This document shows, piece by piece, positions 31,479-40,373 of a stretch of DNA of 64,000 bases. The notes beneath the pieces are model-generated. The model was not told the origin of the DNA and searched no databases. It was given only the letters and a program-made list of their open reading frames with translations. Positions within the stretch are counted from its first letter, which is position 1; every line of letters begins with the position of its first letter. Source of the DNA: Candidatus Bathyarchaeota archaeon. Lineage in GTDB: Archaea; Thermoproteota; Bathyarchaeia; Bathyarchaeales; Bathycorpusculaceae. The position numbers and the translations under genes are program-made. The stretch is taken from contig OY970176.1 in assembly GCA_963707955.1 (NCBI GenBank), positions 1,248,001 through 1,312,000 on the forward strand, read 5' to 3'.

Positions 31479-32663
31479 CTAACTTTGGCTTGTTTTCACG
31501 CCTTTCTTTTTGTAAATTATAACTGCAAGTAGTGTTGCTATCATGAACAATGGCAGAAATAGGAATGATGGAAACTCTGGAACCACTACAGTTGGAACTA
31601 TAAGCGGGTAATAGTCAGTGTTGTTTGCGTCGATTACGTAAGGCGTGTTCCAGACGCCTGAACTGTCAACTTGAACGGCGTTCGGATACTTTGTCACATA
31701 GTCGCTCCAGTAGTTGCCCACGCTCCCATTATCCCAAACGTTAGCCAACCCATCTGTGAGGATTTGGTATGTGTTGTTTACAAAACTGTTGTAGAAAATA
31801 CTGTTGTTAGAAGAATCGCTGAGCGTAATGCCAAACCCGTTGTTTGCCGTGACGTTGTTGCCAGACAAAGTGTCATCAGAAGAAGAGTCGAGAAAAATGC
31901 CAACGCTGCCGTTTGCCGTGACGTTGTTGCCAGACAAAGTGCAATTAGAAGATTCTTCTACATCAATGCCACCATATGTGTTTGCCGTGACGTTGTTGCC
32001 AGACAAAGTGCAATTAGAAGAATATTCGAGCCAAATGCCACCGTTGCTGTTTGCCGTGACGTTGTTGCCAGACAAAACATTATTAGAAGAATAGTCGATT
32101 TCAATACCATAAAAATCGTTTGTGACGTTATTGCCTGACAAAGTGTTGTTATCAGAAGATTCGAGCCAAATGCCCGTGGCGTTATTTGTGACGTTGTTGC
32201 CTGACAAAGTGTTGTTATCAGAAGAAGAGTCGAGCACAATGCCTTCCCAGTCGTTTGTAACGGTGTTGCCAGACAAAGTGCTATTATCAGAAGAGTAGAG
32301 GAAAATGCCATTGGCGAAGTTTGTTATCGTCATGTTTTTTACTGTCACGTTGCTCATGTTCGTGAGCGTTGTTCCATTCTCGTCGTATCCTTTTCCACTT
32401 CCTGTCACGGTGTAGCCTGCCCCGTTCAAAACGATGTTATTTCTCTCAATCTCAATTCCGTTAGTAGCGCTGGTGATGTTACCAGTTAAAGTGTATGTGA
32501 TGTTGTCTGCCGTGTAGATGGGAGCAGTTGACGGGCTTATGCTTCCGTCAGCATTGATGTAGATGGGTGCACCATCGGCCCTGACTATTTGAATCAATCC
32601 CGTTATTGATGATATGGAAAGCAAAAACAGAATTGCAACCAAAGCAAAAACAACTCTGTTCAC
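31479..32663 (-). CDS. NosD/right-handed beta-helix surface protein with a C-terminal PEF-type sorting signal
   Basis: Signal peptide; 22-23-aa TLSGNNVTAN repeats; GNYWSDY; VVPEFP followed by a TM helix and basic tail. Confidence 0.9.
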   Translation of the reverse strand: MNRVVFALVAILFLLSISSITGLIQIVRADGAPIYINADGSISPSTAPIYTADNITYTLTGNITSATNGIEIERNNIVLNGAGYTVTGSGKGYDENGTTLTNMSNVTVKNMTITNFANGIFLYSSDNSTLSGNTVTNDWEGIVLDSSSDNNTLSGNNVTNNATGIWLESSDNNTLSGNNVTNDFYGIEIDYSSNNVLSGNNVTANSNGGIWLEYSSNCTLSGNNVTANTYGGIDVEESSNCTLSGNNVTANGSVGIFLDSSSDDTLSGNNVTANNGFGITLSDSSNNSIFYNSFVNNTYQILTDGLANVWDNGSVGNYWSDYVTKYPNAVQVDSSGVWNTPYVIDANNTDYYPLIVPTVVVPEFPSFLFLPLFMIATLLAVIIYKKKGVKTSQS

Positions 32664-32804
32664 CCTTTGTCACTTTCAGACATAGTTTAGATTAAACTAA
32701 TTTATACGATTGTCGGAAGAATCTTCAATTGAAATCGTGACCGTGAGAAGCCAAAAGAGAGTCAAATCAAGCGTTTCCTGTTCTGCACTTTCGACACAAA
32801 CATT

Positions 32805-32973
32805 TCTGTTTGTGTGTTTGTCTGCGTCTGTCTGTGTGTCTGTCTGCGTCTGTCTGTGTGTCTGTCTGACTGTAAGCTTTCCTAGAGGGAGAGAGAGGGA
32901 GAAGGAAGGAAGGGGAAGTGAGGAAGTGAGCGTATGCGTGAAGGAAGAAGAAGAAAAAGATAAAACTTTACCC
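32805..32973. repeat. Low-complexity TGTC/TGTG tract, polypurine tract and AGATAAAACTTTACCC near-palindrome
   Basis: Directly visible; related structures at 15749-15794 and 35636-35789. Confidence 0.75.
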
Positions 32974-33051
32974 CCAAACCAAACAGACACGCGGAAACGG
33001 AAAAGCTATAGCCTAACTCATCACAGAACATTCGCTTGGTCTTGAACAAGA

Positions 33052-33267
33052 TTGTCTGAGACCTATCACAGCCGACTTCACAAACGTTTGATAGCATTTG
33101 TAGTAGTATTGGCAGCTCTCCTCATTTTTCTAAATGCTATCGGTTTTGGTTTTCCCAACCCTACTCTCAGGTTGATTTTTATTCTGTGGATGATTTTTCT
33201 CATTGTCATGGCTCTTGCCGCATGGCATTGGTGGGGGCGAGGGATATTCAAGCCAAGACCCCCTTGA
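33052..33267 (+). CDS. Small protein with two transmembrane helices
   Basis: Two hydrophobic segments in 71 aa. Confidence 0.55.
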   Translation: MSETYHSRLHKRLIAFVVVLAALLIFLNAIGFGFPNPTLRLIFILWMIFLIVMALAAWHWWGRGIFKPRPP

Positions 33268-33570
33268 CCACGTGTATGACATTAGCAGATTAGTAACGCG
33301 TGCGCTAGAAACTATAATTCTGATTGGGTACCTAGCCGTATCTGGATTGGGGAATCGATTACTTCGCGAGAGTGACATGCGCTAGCGCGCGCCGCCGAAG
33401 AAAACGCTTTCAAATCTAATCTGTACACAAAAACATCAACCAATGTCTGTTAACCACCAGAACTTTCCTCTATAATCCACTTACGGAAACTGTTAAATGA
33501 CCATTTCAAGACACTACATTCACTGCTCTCGCGCGCGCTTTGCACCCAAGGGAGGAAGGGAAGGGGGAAT

Positions 33571-35536
33571 ATGTGGAAAGATAAGAAGACAGTATTGGCG
33601 ACGTTAATCTTGCTGAGCCTTTTGGTTCAGACGACTTCGTTCATGCTTGTCGGCAAAGCTCAGCCGATTACGGCAGAGCAGTTTTCTATCATAAACCCTG
33701 GGCCCACCAGTTTCCCGTCAAGGTGGAACGCATCCTCAACAGTGCGCAACTATAACACGACAAACTTCATCTTCTACAGCAATGAAACTGCCTTCGACTC
33801 AACGTTCTTCATGAACGTCACAGTGACCAACGTGACAAGCCTGTTCGGATGGGGCATAGGCGTAGCTTACGACAGCACTACTCTTCAGTTTGTCAAAGCT
33901 TGGCTTCCAACCGACAACGTATTCGCGGGTGCTGTGGACGCGGGTGCAAGTGTGGTAGCGCCTTCGCCAGTGGTTGCGCCTTTCAATGCTACTTATCAGG
34001 AAGTGGAGTATGGGGCCTCATTTACTCCGCCTACGCCTCCTTGGAGCTTCAACGGCACAGGCACGATGGCCCAAGTGGAGTTTCAAGTAATAGCAGCAGT
34101 GAACAGCACAAACACCCAAGTGAGTTCATCGTTCACGTTTGATCCAGCTTGGACGGGTGTTTACTTCTGGCCAAGCGGGTCGGAAGTTCCCACGTCAAAC
34201 ACCGGGAACTTTGTTTACGCGTGGGCGCCCGCCCGCTCTTTGACATTAGTTGTCACTTCACCAACCTCTACTGCTGTCGGTTCAGCCGTCAACTGTACCG
34301 CCACCGTGACGGGATCAAACCCCACGGGCACCGTCACTTGGAGCACGAACAGCAGCACCGGCTCGTTCAGCCCATCTATCTGCACACTGTCATCTGGAAC
34401 CTGTTCAACCATGTACAACGACACCAGCCCAGGCACCGTTAACATTAATGCAAATTACAGCGGGGACTCGCACAACCTTCCGAGCAACGGCACGAGTATT
34501 TTGACACTGACTGCACCCTCTAGGCATGATGTTGTCGTGAGTAGCGTGTCTACGAGCGCTAACGTGACTCAAGGCGCCTTGTTACCCATCAGCGTTGCAG
34601 TTCTCAATGACGGGACGGCTACTGAAACTTCGGTTGTCGTAAATGCTACAGCTGATGGGATTCTGATTGGATCACCACAAATTGTGCCGTCGCTCCCTGC
34701 TGGCAACACGACGACCCTGGTCTTCAGTCTGGAACACTGCGGGCGTGCTTGTTGGAACCTACAATGTGACGGTTACCGTGACGCCCGTGCCGGGACAGAC
34801 TGACTTGAGCGGCATTTCTAAGACCACCACAGTCCAAATTCTAGAGGCCCCGCTCAAACAGTACTACCTAACCGTCACTTCAGCATATGATTCGCCCTCT
34901 CCGTCGAGCGGTTGGTTTGACTCCGGCACGAACATAACGGAATCCGTGACCTCGCCAGTGTCAGGCGGAAAAGGCGTTCAATACGTTTGCACGGGCTGGA
35001 ACGGAACTGGAAGCATCCCAGCTTCTGGTGCTGCGTCGTCCGTGACGTTTGAGATTACTGCAAACTCAGCCATAACTTGGAACTGGAAAACCCAGTTCCA
35101 GGTGACTTTTGGTCAGTCAGGCGCCGGCTCGGATTTCACGGGCACAGTAGTCACTGTAGACAGCGTCAGCTATAGTGTTAGAGGTCTGACGGTTTCCTTC
35201 TGGTGGGACAGCGGATCAAGTCAAACCTTCTCCTTCACCTCGCCACTAATCGTCAATGCAAACAAACAGTACGTATGGAGCTCAACCTCCGGCCTGTCAA
35301 CTCAACAGAGCGGAACACTGACAGTAACGGCTTCAGGAAGCGTCGTAGGAAACTACGCTACGGCATCTTCCCATCAAATGCCACCTCTGTTGTCGCCCTG
35401 GCTGGTCCTAGGTTCCGTCATCGCGTTGGGTCTCCTCGGTGCCTCTGTTTTATTCATGTTTATTGAGATAGACCTAACAATAAAGAAGAAGAAAAGAAAG
35501 AAAGACGCGAACAAATCCCATAGAACGTTGAATTAG
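33571..35536 (+). CDS. Membrane-anchored surface protein with cohesin-like, Ig-like and CARDB-like domains; frameshift near 34726
   Basis: Signal peptide; FMNVTVTNVTSLFGW...YDSTTLQFV...GTMAQVEF cohesin-like pattern; removing one base joins TTLVF to VWNTAG; C-terminal TM helix and KKKKRKK. Confidence 0.8.
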
Positions 35537-35635
35537 TTTGAAGTTCTACGCTTAGATTCTATGCACCTGATTATATACTTAAAAAAGAATGCCGTCATCC
35601 CATCGGAATCATCACCGCGCGCGCGGAGTTTAAGT

Positions 35636-35789
35636 TGGGTCTGTCTGTGTGTCTGCCTGTCTGTGTGCCTGCCTTTCCTGTCTGGGTCTGTCAGAGAGAG
35701 AGGTATAGTATAGGTGATTAGTAGAAAGGCGTATTCGTAGTCGTTGTTCTTGAAGTAAGTGTTTGGGTTTGGGGGGTAAAACCTTACCC
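35636..35789. repeat. Low-complexity TGTC/TGCC tract and GGGTAAAACCTTACCC palindrome, between (CG)n tracts at 35616 and 35854
   Basis: Directly visible. Confidence 0.72.
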
Positions 35790-35856
35790 TTTTTCTCTCC
35801 TCTTCTTTTGCTCCGGGGCAAGCCAATAGCCTATGTAAGCAATCATAGCGTTACGC

Positions 35857-36054
35857 GCGCGTTAGATGTCTGTGTTTTGGAAGGATGCTGGTTGTGTTTT
35901 CTCTGAGTTCTGTCTAACTTTGGCTTGTTTTCACGGCTTTCCTTTTGTAGATTACGACTGCTAATAGTGTCAATAACATGAAAAACATCGTGGCTTGAAT
36001 CATTGGAAACTCTGGAACCACTACAACTGGAACCATAAGCGGGTAATAGTCAGT
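35857..36054 (-). repeat. Diverged duplicate of the 3' end (PEF sorting tail) and downstream UTR of the gene at 31479-32663
   Basis: Matches about 31421-31618 at DNA level; DYYPL.VP.VVVPEFP...VKTSQS* occurs in both. Confidence 0.88.
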
Positions 36055-36651
36055 CGTCGTGCCATTTTTGTGACCCACCCAACCAATTGCGCGCGCTATA
36101 CTTTCGTGTCCTATTTGGTTTGAGGACCTGTTAGCGTCTTGGATTTGATTGGCCGGCTTAAGGTAGCTATAGAGTTTGCCCGAAGCGGTGAACGTGCCAT
36201 ACCGGGTCATGACAACTCTTTTGTTTCTTTTTTCCCAGCGAACGATCAGACTTAGTCTTGAAAGAAAATAAGTGAAGAATCCCGCGAAAAGGAAAAATAT
36301 CTCTCCAAAAACGAAAGCGCTTCCAAAGAGGACGAAGAAAAAATTGATGAACAAAAACACCGGTAATCCAACTGTCGCTGCGTATACGACGGACCTGTTT
36401 CTTAATGTAAATTCTCCTTTTCGACTTAAAACTCTCAGTTCGCCCTGAGTGGTCATTATAGCTGCAATTACACCCGAAAGTAACCCAAAAACGATGAAGG
36501 AAACGACAATAACCACCGAAGTCGGATCAACCGGGTTTAGAGTAACTATTTGATGAAGCAGTATGATGCTGCCGAAGAGCAAAAAACCCGTGAAAACAAC
36601 CTCAAAACTCAACATGTTAACTTCTCTGTACATCATGAACGTTACCTTCAC
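35914..36651 (-). CDS. Four-TM hypothetical membrane protein fused in frame to a PEF sorting tail (apparent chimera)
   Basis: Hydrophobic N-terminal domain, then ARA encoded by a GCGCGCGC tract at 36089-36096, then the duplicated tail. Confidence 0.65.
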   Translation of the reverse strand: MKVTFMMYREVNMLSFEVVFTGFLLFGSIILLHQIVTLNPVDPTSVVIVVSFIVFGLLSGVIAAIMTTQGELRVLSRKGEFTLRNRSVVYAATVGLPVFLFINFFFVLFGSAFVFGEIFFLFAGFFTYFLSRLSLIVRWEKRNKRVVMTRYGTFTASGKLYSYLKPANQIQDANRSSNQIGHESIARAIGWVGHKNGTTTDYYPLMVPVVVVPEFPMIQATMFFMLLTLLAVVIYKRKAVKTSQS

Positions 36652-36968
36652 GTTGCTCTCTAGGTATCAAGAATTTTGTAATTCATATACTTTTACGCGC
36701 GCGCTCCATTGACCAGCATTAACTCACACACATGCGACAGTCTGCACTGCTCGTCGCGCTAGGGTACAGAACGGTAGGCGGTTGTCAACATAATTAAACT
36801 TCATTTTAACTTCACTCTCTGCTGCTCGGAGACGTCGTCTCACCGCTGCCTTTTTAACAACTTAGCCCGAACTGTACATGGTACGCGCGAATTCTTTAGC
36901 CGCCTTTGAGTGGCGTCACGTTACGTCATTTCTCGCAAGCAACTGATGTTGAACTGGACGTTCTGTAA

Positions 36969-37089
36969 GTGCCGCTGGATGATTGATCAAGAACAGACTT
37001 TGCTAAGCATGCTGAAAAAAGGGCTGAAGCAGGGAGCAAAATTGGCTTTTCGAGAGCTGAAAGAGGCGTGAAGCCCAGAGTGGGTTTGG
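36969..37089 (+). repeat. Dispersed repeat copy 2, segment A
   Basis: GGATGATTGATC..GACTTTGCT..GCTGAAAAA..TGGCTTTTCGAGA..GTGAAGCC.AGAGTG.GTTTG shared with 28985-29110. Confidence 0.82.
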
Positions 37090-37267
37090 TTACTGGTGCG
37101 TGATTGGACATGAAATCTTCGCGTGCACTATGGACAGTTTAAGTCACAAGTCCTAGATGGGGGTTGACCTGCCGAATTTGATGTATACGTGTTGTTCTTC
37201 TACGTAGCAAGGTTTATATGTAGATAACTACACATGTAGTCATCGCCCATACATGTGAGGTGAAAAA

Positions 37268-37441
37268 ATGGGGAAATTGAACATAAACGTGCAGAAAGAT
37301 GTTGACGAGAAGTTCAGAACAGAAGTATTCAGACGAAAAGGATTGAAGAAGGGCAATATCAAAGAGGCAGTGGAGGAAGCAATGATACTTTGGATTAGCA
37401 CCACACAAAAACCCATTAAGAAAGAAGATAGGAAACCCTGA
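37268..37441 (+). CDS. Ribbon-helix-helix-like small regulator, 57 aa, not in the ORF track
   Basis: Hand translation MGKLNINVQKDVDEKFRTEVFRRKGLKKGNIKEAVEEAMILWI...; GAGGTGA SD upstream. Confidence 0.75.
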   Translation: MGKLNINVQKDVDEKFRTEVFRRKGLKKGNIKEAVEEAMILWISTTQKPIKKEDRKP

Positions 37442-37454
37442 ACGAAAACTCCAA

Positions 37455-37685
37455 ATGAAAATGAAAATGGAAGAGAGAAAAATGCCCCCAAAACATGAGT
37501 TTCAGTGTTTAATGTCATTGCCCAACCTAGGAGATTACCTCGGAAAATGGATTGCCATAGTAGGAGATCAGGTCGTGGCAAGCGGAACTGATGGAATAGC
37601 AGTATTCAAAGACGCAAAGGAAAAATGCCCAAATAAAGAACCGCTTATCCTGAAAGTTCCGTCTGACAGAGTAATGTTGCTGTGA
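37455..37685 (+). CDS. DUF5678-like small protein
   Basis: YLGKWIAIVGDQVVASG...AKEKCPNKEPLILKVP. Confidence 0.75.
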   Translation: MKMKMEERKMPPKHEFQCLMSLPNLGDYLGKWIAIVGDQVVASGTDGIAVFKDAKEKCPNKEPLILKVPSDRVMLL

Positions 37686-38146
37686 TGCACATGCCACGAG
37701 TAGCTATGACTTGTAAATACCTGAGCTACATGCTGCCTGGCTCCAACCCCCCAGTTTCTCTTAACTTACCGATGCTTCACATCAGATTGTCCTGTGGCAA
37801 ATCATCCCTAACCACTATCGGTCTCGTGGATTCCGGCTCAACCACAACCTTTGTTCCTCTGGAGTTAGCAGAGATGCTCTCTATACCAGTTCAGAGAACA
37901 GATACAGCTGTCGGGGCGGGAGGAGGATTCGACAACACCATTAGAAAAGTGAAGATCGACATACTGAAGGGTAAAACGCCTATCGCTATCTTCCCAGATT
38001 TTCCAGCCTATGTCCCAACTGAACCAGACAGAATTCCTTATGTTGTGCTGGGTAGGGACTCGATTTTCAGAAAATTCGACATTACTTTTCGGGAGAACCT
38101 GCAGAGAGTCATTTTTAGAACGCCAAAGAAGAAGAAACTCAGCTGA
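37682..38146 (+). CDS. Retropepsin-like (clan AA) aspartyl protease
   Basis: LVDSGSTTTFVP catalytic motif; GAGG flap; VVLGRD motif; overlaps the DUF5678-like gene. Confidence 0.85.
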   Translation: MMHMPRVAMTCKYLSYMLPGSNPPVSLNLPMLHIRLSCGKSSLTTIGLVDSGSTTTFVPLELAEMLSIPVQRTDTAVGAGGGFDNTIRKVKIDILKGKTPIAIFPDFPAYVPTEPDRIPYVVLGRDSIFRKFDITFRENLQRVIFRTPKKKKLS

Positions 38147-38314
38147 TCCTCTCGAAGTTTCATAAGTATCCCTCTTCACTCAGGAAGCTTATCACCATAG
38201 TCCTGACAACTTCAGAATCGCTTTCTCCAAGTCTTCCTTCATTAGTCAGATTTCTATAGAAGATTCAAGTTTTCCAATCATGTCCAATCACGCACCATTA
38301 CCGTGGGCTTGATT

Positions 38315-38359
38315 GATGGGTAGGCAGGAATGAACGTGTTTGTCGGTTTCATATTTGGA
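38315..38359 (+). repeat. Dispersed repeat copy 2, segment B, just upstream of the terminase-like operon
   Basis: Nearly identical to 29114-29157. Confidence 0.85.
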
Positions 38360-38384
38360 TCATATCGGTGACCGGGGGTAGAGT

Positions 38385-38693
38385 ATGTCAGAGCGAGAGA
38401 AGAAGAGGTCGGCAAGTCTTGAAAGCCTCATCGCGGATGAATGGGAAATTCTCCGCAGCTTAAAGGACATGATGGAGAACCCTGAGCTGTCTATACAGGA
38501 GAAGCTCAGTACAGCGAACGCTCTTGCTTACCACGCGAGTGTTTTCAGCAAGCTTCTTACGCAGAAGGGTGCAGACGCCGAGCTGAACGAAGCGACTCTG
38601 GGCGACTTCATCAGGGACGTTCAGCCGAGGATTACAAGACGCGGCAGGATGGGCTTCAGACGTTGGATGAGAAGACTTTCGTTGAAAAGGTGA
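38385..38693 (+). CDS. Small helical protein overlapping the terminase-like gene (possible small-subunit analogue)
   Basis: 102-aa ORF overlapping the downstream gene; role inferred from position only. Confidence 0.6.
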   Translation: MSEREKKRSASLESLIADEWEILRSLKDMMENPELSIQEKLSTANALAYHASVFSKLLTQKGADAELNEATLGDFIRDVQPRITRRGRMGFRRWMRRLSLKR

Positions 38694-40138
38694 CCAACGA
38701 CCTGGCTTTTGCAGCGTCCGTTTCTGAAGGCTTGAGGCGGAGACCGACGGCGTTGAGGCAGCTTCTCGGTTTTGCAGAGGTGACCCGCAGACTCGTTGAC
38801 GACCCCGTTTTCTTTGCGATTCTGATGTGTGGAGACAAGTGGCTCGTTCAAGCCTCAGACCATCAGAAGCTGCTCAGGGACATGAGCCTCAAAACCGTCG
38901 TCGTCTGCGGAAGAGGCTGGGGCAAGAGCCTAGTGTTCAGCAGGAAAAACCTGTGGCTGCTGTTCACAAGGGTCAAGGTGGAGAGCCTCATCATCAGCAG
39001 CACTCAGCGCCAGAGCATGATCATGTTTGACTACTGCTACTCCACCATCATGGCCAACCCGCTCATGAAAGAGATGGTCCAGCATCCGGGAACGACGCAC
39101 ACTACCATCAGGCTCAAACCGCCGCTCGGCGGAAGACTCGTTGCCCTCCCATGCTCACCAGACAAGCTCCGAGGCTACCATCCGGACTGGGTCTTCATAG
39201 ACGAGGCCAGCATCGTTCCCAGCGAGATGATCACAAGCGAAATAATGATGATGCTAACAAAGCCCAACGCTGGCCTAGTCATGAGCGGCACACCCATGGC
39301 CTTCAACCACGTCTTTCACAAAGCCTTCCTAGACAGGAAACGCTACTCAGTGCACCATTATCCAAGCGGCTCAAGCCCCCTCGTAAGCCAACAACAACTC
39401 GACGAATGGCACGACGTAATGACATCAGAAGAATGGAAAAGAGAGGTAGAAGCACAATGGGTTGAAGCTGCAAACGCGTTCTTTCCAATAGACCTGATCG
39501 CACAGTGCATAGACCCCGAGCTGGACAACCCCGACTCAGCCGCCGCCTACATCGAAGACATCGAAAAAGCCAAGCCACAACAGCTTAAACAGCCCTACTA
39601 CGCAGGCCTGGACCTCGGCAAACAAGTCGACCACACCGTCCTAATCATCGTGCAAAAAAACGAAAAAGGCCAAGTCAAACTCGCACACAAACACCAGTTT
39701 CCTCTGGGCACACCTTACCCAAGCATCGTCGGCTACGTGGCTAGAGCCCACCAAATCTTCAACTTCGAACGCCTCTACGCAGACAAAACGGGCGTAGGAG
39801 ACGCCGTAGTCGACGAACTACAAGCCATCAGAGCCGGAAGCGTCAGCGGCATCTTCTTCACAGACATCGAAAAAGAAAACATGCTCAACCACCTCAAGAT
39901 CCTCATGGAAAAACAACTCCTCAAAATCCCAAGCGACGACCAGCAACTAATAACACAGATGAACGAACAGCAATACGAATACCTACAGCCACAAACCGCA
40001 CAACCACGAATCCACCTCAAGTTCTGGCACCCACCAGGCCGCCACGACGACCAACTCTACGCCCTAGCCCTCGCCTGCCGCGCAAGCCTAGAAGCCCCAC
40101 CGCCCGGAGTAGGCGCCATGATGCTCCCACATCGGTAA
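38663..40138 (+). CDS. Terminase large subunit-like ATPase/nuclease
   Basis: Walker A CGRGWGKS; LRG; Walker B VFIDEA; SGTP; RNase H-like YAGLDLG, DKTGVGD and HDDQLYALALA. Confidence 0.9.
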   Translation: MDEKTFVEKVTNDLAFAASVSEGLRRRPTALRQLLGFAEVTRRLVDDPVFFAILMCGDKWLVQASDHQKLLRDMSLKTVVVCGRGWGKSLVFSRKNLWLLFTRVKVESLIISSTQRQSMIMFDYCYSTIMANPLMKEMVQHPGTTHTTIRLKPPLGGRLVALPCSPDKLRGYHPDWVFIDEASIVPSEMITSEIMMMLTKPNAGLVMSGTPMAFNHVFHKAFLDRKRYSVHHYPSGSSPLVSQQQLDEWHDVMTSEEWKREVEAQWVEAANAFFPIDLIAQCIDPELDNPDSAAAYIEDIEKAKPQQLKQPYYAGLDLGKQVDHTVLIIVQKNEKGQVKLAHKHQFPLGTPYPSIVGYVARAHQIFNFERLYADKTGVGDAVVDELQAIRAGSVSGIFFTDIEKENMLNHLKILMEKQLLKIPSDDQQLITQMNEQQYEYLQPQTAQPRIHLKFWHPPGRHDDQLYALALACRASLEAPPPGVGAMMLPHR

Positions 40139-40373
40139 CAGCTCCCACAGTTCAAGCGAATCGCCATATCTGACATTTGCGAATGCTCGACGTTGCTAGA
40201 AAAGCGCGCACCAGAAAAAAAGTATACACAAAATTGAGCTAGATTCTGCGCTTCATTCATTATCCGCCCCATATTAGCGTGCGCTAAAGACCATTGAGGA
40301 CGTTGTGTTCATGCGTTTGAACAGTAAATAAGAAATAAAAACAGGCGGATATATAGAACGGGGGGCCACGGGT

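Noticed and set aside
31842-32280. Regular repeats of about 28 bp with 69-bp period (GTTTGCCGTGACGTTGTTGCCAGACAAA) resembling a CRISPR array
   Set aside because: The period equals 23 codons inside an intact ORF, the 'spacers' resemble one another and encode beta-helix turns, and no cas genes are present
32697-33097. ORFs 32697..32990, 32710..33045 and 35533..35826
   Set aside because: Translations of low-complexity tracts (VCVC, QTDT), unlikely to be proteins
36700-40200. Complete provirus around the terminase-like gene
   Set aside because: No recognisable capsid, portal, tail, integrase or att pair
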